Positions 21,639 to 30,586 of a stretch of 64,000 nucleotides of DNA are shown here, piece by piece. The stretch's first letter is position 1, and each line of letters begins with the position of its first letter. The notes beneath the pieces are model-generated. The model did not search any database. It was not told the DNA's origin and was given only the letters and a program-made list of their open reading frames with translations. Source of the stretch: an uncultured Acidobacteriota bacterium (GTDB lineage: Bacteria; Acidobacteriota; Vicinamibacteria; Fen-336); contig OY970399.1 in the NCBI GenBank assembly GCA_963720545.1, positions 1,088,001 to 1,152,000 on the forward strand. Direction: 5' to 3'. The position numbers and the translations under genes are program-made.

Positions 21639-22811
21639 GTGCGAGCGATGCCGCGTTCACTCACCCAGGCGACCACGAGGCAAGCACCGGGCGGCCGCAT
21701 CCCACCGAACCGCAGCCTGCACCTGTTCGCGCCCGGCCAGGTGCTCGCGAGCCCGGAAACCCCTGAGCGCTACGAGATCAAGCACCTCGTCGGTCACGGC
21801 GGCTTCGGCCAGGTCTATCTCGCACGCCGCCTCGGCCGCTCCTCGGCCATTCCGCAGCAGGTGTGCATCAAGGTCTCGACGCGGATCGACGGCTGGCTGC
21901 GCGAGGCGCACTTCGGCCAGGCGCTCGCCACCGAAGCGCGCGCCATCCGCCTCTACGACCGCTTCCCGCTGGTGCGCCCCGACGGCCAGATCCTCTATTG
22001 CCTGGCGCTCGAATACGCGACCGGCGGCGACCTCAGCGCGTTCCTGTTCCGCAATCGCAAGGGCTGGCCCGAGACACGGGTGCGCCGTGAGATCGCCGGC
22101 CTGCTGCAGGTGCTCGGCAAGCTGCACCGCGGCCAGATGCTGCACCGCGACCTGACACCACTGAACGTGTTCGTTTGCGAGGAGACACGCCTGAAACTCG
22201 GCGACTTCGGCATCGTGCGCCACCTCGTGAACAAGAGCGGTGTCAACACCCGCACCTTCAACCCCTTTCTGGCGCCGAAGGAGATCTTCTCGGGCGCCAT
22301 CCCGAAGTGGCAGGCGCGCGACGACATCTACCAGATCGGCCAGTTGTGCGGGATGCTCGTGAAAGGCGACGCGCGCGAACGCGTGCGCACCAGCGAGGTG
22401 CGGCGCTTTACCTGCAGCGACCACCTCAAGGAGATCATCTACCGCTGCATCGGGCAGCGCAGCCGCCGCTACCGCAACGCGGACGAGCTGGTGGCGGCGC
22501 TCAACACCCAGTCGGCGAAGCTGCGCACCAGCGGTTCGCTGCGCACGCTGAAGGGTGCGCACGTCGCCTTCACCGGCATCCTCAAGATGAAGCGCGAGGA
22601 CGCCATGAAGGCGGCGCGCCGCGCCGGCGCCACCGTGCACCGAGCACCTTCGGTCACCACCAACGTGGTGGTGCGCGGCCGCCCCAACCCGCTGCAGGCG
22701 GCCGGCCGTGAAGGCGGACGCAAGCTGATGGAGCTGAAACGCCTGCGCGCCCGCGGCGTGCGCATCTCGCTGCTGAGCGAAGCGGCGTTTCGCCGCCTCA
22801 TCGGCAAGTAG
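21639..22811 (+). CDS. Hanks-type Ser/Thr protein kinase with C-terminal BRCT domain (alternative start ATG 21648)
   Basis: GHGGFGQV, VCIK, LRE, HRDLTPLN, DFG, APKE, DDIYQIG; then LKGAHVAFTG...R.DA...AGATV...VTTNVVVRG...GRK...SEAAF (BRCT). No TM segment. Confidence 0.88.
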   Translation: MRAMPRSLTQATTRQAPGGRIPPNRSLHLFAPGQVLASPETPERYEIKHLVGHGGFGQVYLARRLGRSSAIPQQVCIKVSTRIDGWLREAHFGQALATEARAIRLYDRFPLVRPDGQILYCLALEYATGGDLSAFLFRNRKGWPETRVRREIAGLLQVLGKLHRGQMLHRDLTPLNVFVCEETRLKLGDFGIVRHLVNKSGVNTRTFNPFLAPKEIFSGAIPKWQARDDIYQIGQLCGMLVKGDARERVRTSEVRRFTCSDHLKEIIYRCIGQRSRRYRNADELVAALNTQSAKLRTSGSLRTLKGAHVAFTGILKMKREDAMKAARRAGATVHRAPSVTTNVVVRGRPNPLQAAGREGGRKLMELKRLRARGVRISLLSEAAFRRLIGK

Positions 22812-24158
22812 TTACGAAGCGCCGCCCCACTGCAGGTTTTCGAAGCGCGTGTATTCCTTCACGAACGCGAGGCGCACCGAACCGGTCGGGCCGTTGCGCT
22901 GCTTGGCGATGATGATCTCGGCGATGCCGCGATTCTCGTCGGTCGCCTTGTACTCCTCCTCGCGGTAAATCATCATCACCACGTCCGCGTCCTGTTCGAT
23001 GGCACCCGACTCGCGCAGGTCGGAGAGCTGTGGCCGGCGGTCGGTGCGCGCCTCCGGGGCGCGTGACAGCTGCGAGAGCGCGATCACCGGCAGTCCCAGC
23101 TCCTTGGCGAGCCCCTTCAAAGAGCGGCTGATGGCGGAGATCTCCTGCTGGCGGTTCTCGACGCGGCCGCCGAGCGTGATGAGCTGCAGGTAGTCCACGA
23201 TCACCAGGCCCAGGCCGTGCTCGGCCTTGAGGCGGCGGCACTTCGCGCGCATCTCGAGCGGCGTGATCGAGGCCGAGTCGTCGATGAAGATCTTCGACGC
23301 CGAGAGGTCGGCGTACGCCTTGGCGAGCCGCGCCCAGTCTTTTTCCTGCAGCGAGCCGGTGCGCAGGCGATGCGCGTCCACGCGCGCGTCGCCGGTGAGC
23401 AGGCGCAGCACCAGCTGCTCCTTCGACATCTCGAGTGAGAACACTCCAACGGTTTCGCCGGCCACCGCCGAGGCGTTGTGCGCGACGTTCAGGGCGAAGG
23501 AGGTCTTGCCCATCGCCGGCCGCGCGGCGACGATCACGAGGTCGCCCTTCTGCAGGCCGCTGGTGCGCTCGTCGAGGTCGACGAAGCCGGTGGGCACACC
23601 GGTGACCCGGTCTTTCGAATGCGACAGCTGGTCGATGGTACGGAAGCTTTCCTTGACGATGTCGCGGATGCCGACGAAGCCGGCGCGGATGCGGTTGTCG
23701 GCGATCTCGAAGATCGAGCGCTCCGCCTCGTCGAGCACGTTGGCCGCGTCTTCCTCGGCCTCGTACGCGGTCTGCGCGATGCGCTGGCTCGCGTGAATCA
23801 GCCGGCGCAACACCGACTTCTCCTTGATGATGCGGCTCCACGGCTCGACGTTCGTGAGCCGCGGCAGCCCGTCGACGAGCGCCGCGAGGTAGGCGACGCC
23901 GCCGACCGCCTCCAGCGCCTGCTGGCGGCCGAGTTCGTCCTTGAGCGTCACCAGGTCGATCGGCTGGCTGCGCTCGGAGAGCGACGCCATCGCCTCGAAG
24001 ATGCGGCGGTGCCCTTCCTTGTAGAAGTCCTCGCGCGAGAGGACCTCGGCCGCGGAGTTGAAGGCGCTGTCGTCCACCAGCACCGCGCCGAGCACCGTGC
24101 GCTCGGCGTCGAGGTTGTGGGGTAGCGTCCGCTCCTTCGGCAGGGTCTCGGTAGCCAT
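22812..24158 (-). CDS. dnaB: Replicative DNA helicase
   Basis: PHNLDAE, AARPAMGKT, FSLEMS, IVDYLQL, LSQLSR, DLRESGAIEQDAD, KQRNGPTG; no intein. Confidence 0.99.
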   Translation of the reverse strand: MATETLPKERTLPHNLDAERTVLGAVLVDDSAFNSAAEVLSREDFYKEGHRRIFEAMASLSERSQPIDLVTLKDELGRQQALEAVGGVAYLAALVDGLPRLTNVEPWSRIIKEKSVLRRLIHASQRIAQTAYEAEEDAANVLDEAERSIFEIADNRIRAGFVGIRDIVKESFRTIDQLSHSKDRVTGVPTGFVDLDERTSGLQKGDLVIVAARPAMGKTSFALNVAHNASAVAGETVGVFSLEMSKEQLVLRLLTGDARVDAHRLRTGSLQEKDWARLAKAYADLSASKIFIDDSASITPLEMRAKCRRLKAEHGLGLVIVDYLQLITLGGRVENRQQEISAISRSLKGLAKELGLPVIALSQLSRAPEARTDRRPQLSDLRESGAIEQDADVVMMIYREEEYKATDENRGIAEIIIAKQRNGPTGSVRLAFVKEYTRFENLQWGGAS

Positions 24159-24171
24159 CGCTACCCGGAAC

Positions 24172-24618
24172 TTACCCTTCCTTGGTGACGAGCAGCTTCA
24201 AAGTTGCGGTGACGTCGGCGTGCAGGCGGATCTTCACGTCGGCTTCGCCCAGCTTCTTGATGGGCTCGTCGAGCTGCACCTTGCGCTTGTCGAGCTCGAT
24301 GCCCTTGGTCTTGAGGAAGTCGGCGACGTCGCCGGAGGTGACCGAACCGTAGAGCACTTCGTTTTCGCCGACCTTGCGCGGCGCGATGAAGCGCAGCGTG
24401 GCGATGCGCTGCGCCAGGCTCTCGAACTCGGCCTTTTCGCGCGCGGCGCGGGCCTGGTGGGCCTTGTGCTCCTTCTCGATCACCGCCTTGTTCGACTCGG
24501 TGACGGGCAGCGCCAGGCCGCGCGGCAGCAGGTAGTTGCGCCCGTAGCCCTCGGCGACCTTCACCACTTCGCCGCGGCTGCCGAGCGATTGCACGTCGTC
24601 TCTCAGAATGACTTCCAT
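24172..24618 (-). CDS. rplI: 50S ribosomal protein L9
   Basis: MEVILRDDV..LG..GEVVKVAEGYGRNYLLPRG, LYGSVT. Confidence 0.99.
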   Translation of the reverse strand: MEVILRDDVQSLGSRGEVVKVAEGYGRNYLLPRGLALPVTESNKAVIEKEHKAHQARAAREKAEFESLAQRIATLRFIAPRKVGENEVLYGSVTSGDVADFLKTKGIELDKRKVQLDEPIKKLGEADVKIRLHADVTATLKLLVTKEG

Positions 24619-24648
24619 TTTCTTGCTCCTAGAACGAAACGGTGAAGA

Positions 24649-25596
24649 TCAAGCCTCAGGCTTCGGGTCGGCGAAGCGCCGCACGTCGAGCCAGGTGTCG
24701 AAAAACCCGAGGCACGCCAGCACGTAGGGCGACCATGCGGGAATCAGGATCAGCAGCAGCAGCAGTGCCCGCAGCAGCGGCGGTCCGGCCATGCGCCGGA
24801 CGTAGTAGAGCGCGATCGCGAACCCCTGCAGCGCGAAGAAGAAGCCGAGGATGGCGAGGGCGTTGTAGGCGAATGGCCGGAGCGGCTCCCAGAAAAGCGC
24901 CGGCGCGCTCAGCAGGAACAGGCCAACCGCGGCGATCGGCAGGCGCATCGCCTCGAACGAATCGGCGCCGAGGAGCGCTGGCTGGTGGCGCGCCACGAAG
25001 TAGCGGACCACGGCCGCCTGCGCCAGCACCACGAGGCACGCGAACACGATGGCGGCCGCGGGATAGATGACGAGCGCGATGCGCGACACGGCCTGCATCT
25101 GCTCGGTCCACGCGGCGACGTTCTCGGGCGGGAAGCCGCTCTGCGCGAGCGCCTCGGGTGCCGCCATCTTCGCGAACGCTTCCTTGAGGCTCGCCGTGAC
25201 CGCCGAGTTGCCGACCGCGACGAGCACCAGCGCGATCTGCGCAAACAGCAGCCAGAACGCGAGCATCACGCCCGTGCGCAGACCGCGGCCGCGCGCCACC
25301 GACTCGCCGATGAGCAGCGCCGGCGCCGCCTGGAACAGCACGAACACCAGGCCGTGCGACGGAGTGAGCACGGCGCCGGCGAGCGCCATCGCCAGCACGG
25401 TGGCGACGAGGGCGCTGCGCAGCCCCATGCGGATGCGCTCGATCGCGAGCGGCACGCCGGCGACGAACGTCAGCAGCACGGCAAAGGGCACCACGTGCGG
25501 GGCGACGAACAACGCCGCGGCCAGGACCGCGGCGAGGATCGCCGTCACGCCGCGCAGGCGGCTTTGCGAAATGGAAACCGTGCCGCTGCCGTTCAC
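24649..25596 (-). CDS. DUF2232/YybS-family integral membrane protein
   Basis: Multi-TM; FFALQGFA and LGFFDTWLDVRR C-terminal motifs; position between rpsR and rplI. Confidence 0.8.
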   Translation of the reverse strand: MNGSGTVSISQSRLRGVTAILAAVLAAALFVAPHVVPFAVLLTFVAGVPLAIERIRMGLRSALVATVLAMALAGAVLTPSHGLVFVLFQAAPALLIGESVARGRGLRTGVMLAFWLLFAQIALVLVAVGNSAVTASLKEAFAKMAAPEALAQSGFPPENVAAWTEQMQAVSRIALVIYPAAAIVFACLVVLAQAAVVRYFVARHQPALLGADSFEAMRLPIAAVGLFLLSAPALFWEPLRPFAYNALAILGFFFALQGFAIALYYVRRMAGPPLLRALLLLLILIPAWSPYVLACLGFFDTWLDVRRFADPKPEA

Positions 25597-25611
25597 AGCA
25601 GTGAGAAATAG

Positions 25612-25953
25612 CTACTCGGCGGCGTACGGGAGCAAGGCAATGGCGCGGGCGCGCTGAATCGCCTTGGTGACCTTGCGCTGGTGCTCGGCACAGGTGCCGA
25701 ACATGCGGCGCGGCAGGATCTTGCCGCGCTCGGGCGCAAACGCCTGCAGCAGCTTCAGGTCCTTGTAGTCGATGTAGTCGATCTTCTCGACGCAGAACTT
25801 GCACACCTTGCGGCGGCGGAAGAAGAAGCGCTTGCCGCCTTCCTTGCCTGCGCCGGCGCCGGCACCCTTGCCGCCGCCCACCCGGCCGCCACGATCGCCG
25901 CGGTCGCCACGGTCCATGCCGCCGCCCATGCCTTCGAAGTTGGAACTCACCAC
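25612..25953 (-). CDS. rpsR: 30S ribosomal protein S18 with Gly/Arg-rich N-terminal extension
   Basis: [35 protein letters not shown]; exact start uncertain. Confidence 0.97.
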   Translation of the reverse strand: MVSSNFEGMGGGMDRGDRGDRGGRVGGGKGAGAGAGKEGGKRFFFRRRKVCKFCVEKIDYIDYKDLKLLQAFAPERGKILPRRMFGTCAEHQRKVTKAIQRARAIALLPYAAE

Positions 25954-26348
25954 TGCACCCCTTCCCCGCCGGCGTTCTCGGCCTTAGCCTGGCGCGCGCG
26001 GCGCTTCGGCTCGTCCGCCGCGCGGCGCGCCTTGCGCCGCTCCGCCTTGCGCAGCTCGTCGTCGACGCGCACACAGATGTGGCGAATGATGCCGTCGGTG
26101 ACGTTCATGCGCCGCTCGACTTCCTTCATCAGCGGCCCGCTGCCCTCGGCAACCAGCAGGACATAGGAGCCTTCGCGATGCCGGCCGACGTTGTAGGCGA
26201 GGCGCTTCTTGCCCCACTTCTCGTTCTTGCTGATCTTGCCGCCCTCACGCTCGACGAAACCGGAAACAGTCGTGGCCAGCGCCTCGACATCGGTCTCGGA
26301 GAGATTGGGATCGGCGATAAACAACACTTCGTACGTACGATCGCTCAA
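25947..26348 (-). CDS. rpsF: 30S ribosomal protein S6
   Basis: [21 protein letters not shown] start after GAGGAGG. Confidence 0.98.
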   Translation of the reverse strand: MSDRTYEVLFIADPNLSETDVEALATTVSGFVEREGGKISKNEKWGKKRLAYNVGRHREGSYVLLVAEGSGPLMKEVERRMNVTDGIIRHICVRVDDELRKAERRKARRAADEPKRRARQAKAENAGGEGVQW

Positions 26349-26351
26349 GTT

Positions 26352-26414
26352 TCCTCCTCATGGATCAAGCCTCTTTGGCTGCCGCATTGCGCGGGAGCTA
26401 CCGGAAGCAAGGAG
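26352..26414 (-). promoter_or_regulatory. Probable S6:S18 ribosomal protein leader
   Basis: CTCCTTGC...CTTGATCCATGAGGAGG: the 5' CTCCT can pair with the Shine-Dalgarno; resembles known rpsF leaders. Confidence 0.65.
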
Positions 26415-26624
26415 CTACGAAGCAGTCAGTTTAATCGAAATGTGCCCCGCACAGTGAGTCCCGGGCTACGGCAAGCGCCCATGTCCCCAACTCGTGGTGG
26501 GTGCAGAAAAAGTGGCTACTATTCCGGGGGGCTGTGGCATACTCCCCCGACTCCCGCCGATCATCCAAAGCGCGATAACTAAACGGCGTGAGCCTTATGA
26601 GACGCGAGACGCCAGGAGGAGAAC

Positions 26625-27167
26625 TTGAGCCAATACCGGCCCGCCACCGCGGGTGCCCTTGCCTTGATGCTGTGCGCGGTCCTGTTCGCGTGCGGCGACA
26701 GTCCCTCGAACCCCACGGTGAACGCCACGCCGACTCCGGCGCCGACACCAATACCCACACCGACGCCGGCGCCCACGCCGACCCCCACGCCGGCGAAGGC
26801 CGCCTGCAAGCTGTCCGAACTGGCCGACTGCGGCTTCGGCGGCTGTTGCCGCGAAGGCGGCGCCGAGCAGTTCAATGCCGAGGTCGCCGCCGCCCAGGCC
26901 GACCTGGCCCGCACCAACCCCGAGATCTTCGACCGCGACGGCCGGCTCGAGGTCAGCGAACAGGAGTACACCGACCTGCTCGCAGACCGCATCGTGCAGA
27001 TGACGAACGGCGCCGTGTGTGCCGTGGGCTCCGGCGGCTCGACCTCGCGCGACGAGATCCGGGTCAAGCGCGACAACAACCTCTCGCAGCACGTCGACGT
27101 CATCGTGGGCTCGAGCAACAAACCCTGGGTCGGCAAGCGCTACACCTGCCGTCCGGCCAGCTTCTAG
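26625..27167 (+). CDS. Putative lipoprotein with Pro/Thr linker and Cys-rich domain
   Basis: Hydrophobic signal with LFAC lipobox, (PT/PA)n linker, six further Cys; GGAG upstream. Confidence 0.75.
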   Translation: MSQYRPATAGALALMLCAVLFACGDSPSNPTVNATPTPAPTPIPTPTPAPTPTPTPAKAACKLSELADCGFGGCCREGGAEQFNAEVAAAQADLARTNPEIFDRDGRLEVSEQEYTDLLADRIVQMTNGAVCAVGSGGSTSRDEIRVKRDNNLSQHVDVIVGSSNKPWVGKRYTCRPASF

Positions 27168-27179
27168 AACCGTCGTCAA

Positions 27180-27214
27180 GGCGTCGAAGCGCTCGCGATG
27201 GGCGCTTCGACGCC
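27180..27214. terminator. Hairpin between convergent lipoprotein gene and pth
   Basis: GGCGTCGAAGCGC-9 nt-GCGCTTCGACGCC, perfect 13-bp stem, no U-tract. Confidence 0.6.
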
Positions 27215-27216
27215 GC

Positions 27217-27807
27217 TCAGCCCGCCTGCTTGCGGGGCGTGTTGAACCGGTTCATGGCGGTGACGACGCCTTCCTGCAGCGCCACCACCGCGGCATCGGC
27301 GGCGGCGCCGATGCTCTCCTGCACGACCAGCACTTCCTCGGGCGAGAAGTCGGAGAGCACGTAGCCCGCGAGGTCTTCGGGAACCGAATCCTCGCGTATG
27401 CCGATGCGGATGCGGGCGAACTCGTCCGTGCCCAGCTGGTCGATGATCGAGCGGACGCCGTTGTGGCCGCCGTGGGTGCCGCGCTCGCGCACCCGCAGCG
27501 TGCCGAGGTCGAGAGCCATGTCGTCGAACACCACGACGAGGTCGGCCGGCGAGAGGCCGCGGCTCTCGAGGAGCCAGGCGGCGGCGTAGCCGCTGCGGTT
27601 CATGAAGGTCTGCGGCTTGGCGAGCAGCACCTCCTGCCCGCCGAGCGCCACCGCAGCCACGGTGCAGAGGTGCTCGTCGCTCCAGCGCCCTGGTGACGCC
27701 GCGCGGGCGAGGAGTTCGTCGACCACCATGAACCCGGCGTTGTGCCGGGTCCTTCGGTAGCGGTCTCCCGGGTTGCCGAGCCCCATGATGACGACGACGC
27801 GCACCAT
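27217..27807 (-). CDS. pth: Peptidyl-tRNA hydrolase
   Basis: GLGNPG, TRHNAGF, KPQTFMNRSG, GGHNG, RIRIGI. Confidence 0.98.
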   Translation of the reverse strand: MVRVVVIMGLGNPGDRYRRTRHNAGFMVVDELLARAASPGRWSDEHLCTVAAVALGGQEVLLAKPQTFMNRSGYAAAWLLESRGLSPADLVVVFDDMALDLGTLRVRERGTHGGHNGVRSIIDQLGTDEFARIRIGIREDSVPEDLAGYVLSDFSPEEVLVVQESIGAAADAAVVALQEGVVTAMNRFNTPRKQAG

Positions 27808-27827
27808 TCGGCCCTCCGGGAGGCGGC

Positions 27828-28520
27828 CTACTTCTTGTCTTTCTTCTCGGCCTTCTCTTCGGGAGCGGCCTCGCCTTCGGCTGCGGTCTTGCCCTTCTTG
27901 ATGACTTCGGGCTCGACGGCGCCCTCGGCGGCAACCGCCTCGACGGCCACCGGCGCCTCTTCCTCGCGCGGCGCGACCACGTGGACCACGACGATGTCCT
28001 CGTTGGTCAGGGTGGTGACGTTCGCCGGGATCTGCAGGTCGGAGACGCGCAGGTGCTTGCCGAGCTCGAGGCCGCTGACGTCCACCACGATCTTTTCTGG
28101 GATGTCGGTCGGCAGGCACTCGATATCGAGCTCGCGGGTGACGAAGTCGAGGACTCCGCCCTGCAGCTTGACGCCCACCGGGATGCCGACCAGCTCAATG
28201 TGCACCTGCACTTCGATGGTCTTGTCGAGGGCGACCTCGTAGAAGTCGGCGTGCAGCAGGCCGCCCTTCACCGGATCCACCTGGTAGTCCTTCAGGATCA
28301 CCTTGCGGCGCGTCCCCGAATAGTCGAGGTCGAAGAGCGTGTTGGCGCCCGTGGCGCTGCGCAGGATGGCCGTGATCTCCTTGGGCTTCACGGAGATGCT
28401 GATTGTCTTCTTGCCGCGGCCGTACAAGGTGCCCGGCAGGTCGCCCCCGGTGCGGGCGCGGAAATTGGCGTTCTTGCCCAGTTCGGTTCGTTCCTGGGCG
28501 GCGATGACGATTTCAGGCAT
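27828..28520 (-). CDS. rplY: 50S ribosomal protein L25/Ctc
   Basis: PGTLYG, YQVDPV, HADFY, G.PVGVK.GG, C.P.DIPE. Confidence 0.97.
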   Translation of the reverse strand: MPEIVIAAQERTELGKNANFRARTGGDLPGTLYGRGKKTISISVKPKEITAILRSATGANTLFDLDYSGTRRKVILKDYQVDPVKGGLLHADFYEVALDKTIEVQVHIELVGIPVGVKLQGGVLDFVTRELDIECLPTDIPEKIVVDVSGLELGKHLRVSDLQIPANVTTLTNEDIVVVHVVAPREEEAPVAVEAVAAEGAVEPEVIKKGKTAAEGEAAPEEKAEKKDKK

Positions 28521-28535
28521 TTGCGTAGTCTCTCA

Positions 28536-29480
28536 TTAAACGAACAAACTCGTAACCGACGCTTCCTCGTGGATGCTGCGGATGGCCTTCCCCAGCAGCT
28601 CGCCGATCGACAGGACCTTGAGCTTGGGATGCGCCAGCTTCTCTTCGGTCATCGGGATGGAATCGGTGACGATCAGCTGGCTTATCGGGCTGTCGGCGAT
28701 GCGCCGCATGGCGTCACCGGACAGCACCGCATGGCTCGAGGAGGCGAGCACCTCCCGGGCTCCGGCTTCCTTGATGGCGGCCGCGACCTTGGTCAGGGTG
28801 CCGCCGGTGTCGACGATGTCGTCGACGATGAGGGCGGTCATGCCGGAAACGTCGCCGACCACGTTGTGTACCTCCGCGACGTTCGGCGAGTCGCGGCGCT
28901 TGTCGACGATGGCGAGCCGGGCATCGAGCCGCTTCGAGTACGCGCGCGCCCGCTCGACGCCGCCGGCGTCGGGCGACACCACCACGAGATCGTCGAGCTT
29001 GCGTTTCGCGACGTAGTCGAGGAGCACCGGGGCGGCGAACAGGTGGTCGACGGGCACGTTGAAGAAGCCCTGTATCTGCGCGGCGTGCAGGTCCATGGTG
29101 AGGACCCGGTCGGTGCCGGCGGTGGTCAGCAGGTCGGCCACCAGCTTCGCGGTGATCGGCACCCGCGGCTTGTCCTTGCGATCCTGGCGCGCATAGCCGT
29201 AGTAAGGGATGACTGCGGTCAGCCGCGAGGCGCTCGAACGCTTGAAGGCGTCGAGCATCACCAGCAGCTCCATGAGGTTCTCGTTCACCGGTTGCGCGGT
29301 CGGCTGGACCACGAAGACATCGGCGCCGCGCACGTTTTCCTTGATCTGGAACCAGATCTCGCCGTCGCTGAACCGCGACAGATAGCACTGACCGAGCGGC
29401 ACCCCAAGATAGCGGGCTATCGACTGTGCCAGCCTCGGGTGCGCGCTTCCGGAGAAGATCTTGAGTTCTCTGCCTGCCAT
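28536..29480 (-). CDS. prs: Ribose-phosphate pyrophosphokinase
   Basis: FSDGEI, YYGYARQDRK, DLHAAQIQGFF, VSPDAGG, VDDIVDTGGT. Confidence 0.99.
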   Translation of the reverse strand: MAGRELKIFSGSAHPRLAQSIARYLGVPLGQCYLSRFSDGEIWFQIKENVRGADVFVVQPTAQPVNENLMELLVMLDAFKRSSASRLTAVIPYYGYARQDRKDKPRVPITAKLVADLLTTAGTDRVLTMDLHAAQIQGFFNVPVDHLFAAPVLLDYVAKRKLDDLVVVSPDAGGVERARAYSKRLDARLAIVDKRRDSPNVAEVHNVVGDVSGMTALIVDDIVDTGGTLTKVAAAIKEAGAREVLASSSHAVLSGDAMRRIADSPISQLIVTDSIPMTEEKLAHPKLKVLSIGELLGKAIRSIHEEASVTSLFV

Positions 29481-29524
29481 GTCCTCAGCCTGAATATGGG
29501 GTCCATCCCGCGGCCACCCCTATC

Positions 29525-29599
29525 TGGCTGGGGCGGAAGGATTCGAACCTTCGAGTGCGGGGTTCAAAGCCCCGTGCCTTACCGCTTGGCTACGCCCCA
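29525..29599 (-). tRNA. tRNA-Gln (TTG)
   Basis: TGGGGCGTAGCCAAGCGGTAAGGC...CTTTGAA...GGTTCGAATCC...GCCA. Confidence 0.97.
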
Positions 29600-30586
29600 A
29601 CGCGATTCGCTACCCCGGAGGCCTGTCCTGGTTGTCACTCTCCGCCCCAGCGGCCACGAAATCGTTGCAGACCTGCGATAGGCGTCACCGGTCAGAGTTC
29701 TTCCTGCGCGCGCGTCAAGTCCCGTTTCACGAGCAGCAGCAAGAGCGGCCTGCCTCGCGTTGCGATGGTTCTGGAACACCCCGAAGTACGAAGCCCCGCT
29801 CCCGGAGAGCGCAGCCAGGGACGCGCCACAGCCACTCATAATGGTGTTCAATTTTGTAATCGGCTCGGCGAGGTCAGGAGCTTCCTCTATCGCCGCCCCC
29901 TGGAGGTCATTGGTCAGCAACGCGAGGGCGTCGCGTTCCTCCTCCAAGTACCTCATAACAAAGCGGTAAATAGTATTGCTATTTTCACGAGGCGTCAACC
30001 GTTCTGCCAGTCGAGCAAACACTCGGGCGGTCTGGACGGGCCGCTTCAGATCTACGATGACTACGCTCGCGCGTAACTGGCGCAGCAACGGGTAGATCTC
30101 GTCGCCACTGCCGACACCAAGCGCTGTGCCTCCGACCAGGAAGAACGGGACGTCGGCTCCGAGCCTGCGGGCCAGCCGATGGAGGCCCAGCACGCCGAGC
30201 TCGAGATCGAGCATGCGGTCGAGGGCCATGAGGACCGCGGCCGCGTCGCTGCTGCCGCCACCCAGGCCACCGGCCACGGGGATGTTCTTTTTTAGGCGGA
30301 TCTCCACCCCCTCCTTGCGGCCGGCATGGCGCAGCAGGTCGGCGGCCGCCCGCACCGCCAGGTTCGTGTCGTCGAGCGGGACCGCGGGATGGTCGCACGC
30401 GATCGTCACCTTGCCGGTCTTCGTGAGGCGCAGGTGCAGGACGTCGTGCAGGTCCACCGTCTGGAAGATGGTGCGCAGTTCGTGGTAGCCGTCGGCCCGC
30501 TTGAAGAGCACTTCGAGACCCAGGTTGACCTTGGCGTGGGCCCTGATCCGCGCCCAGCGGTGCGGGCGCTTCCCGCTCACTGCCAC
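29579..30586 (-). CDS. ispE: 4-diphosphocytidyl-2-C-methyl-D-erythritol kinase
   Basis: AKVNLGL, DGYHEL, KNIPVAGGLGGGSSDAA, GADVPFF, NDL, LSGSG; stop codon lies inside tRNA-Gln. Confidence 0.96.
   Translation of the reverse strand: MAVSGKRPHRWARIRAHAKVNLGLEVLFKRADGYHELRTIFQTVDLHDVLHLRLTKTGKVTIACDHPAVPLDDTNLAVRAAADLLRHAGRKEGVEIRLKKNIPVAGGLGGGSSDAAAVLMALDRMLDLELGVLGLHRLARRLGADVPFFLVGGTALGVGSGDEIYPLLRQLRASVVIVDLKRPVQTARVFARLAERLTPRENSNTIYRFVMRYLEEERDALALLTNDLQGAAIEEAPDLAEPITKLNTIMSGCGASLAALSGSGASYFGVFQNHRNARQAALAAARETGLDARAGRTLTGDAYRRSATISWPLGRRVTTRTGLRGSESRWGVAKR
29970..29998 (-). promoter_or_regulatory. Internal sigma70 promoter in ispE for tRNA-Gln-prs-rplY-pth
   Basis: TTGACG-N17-TACTAT in a local AT-rich patch (26 of 60 GC in 29941-30000). 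Confidence 0.75.

Noticed and set aside
29620..30120. Low-GC patch as horizontally acquired DNA
   Set aside because: It lies within the intact ispE frame and is explained by an internal promoter.
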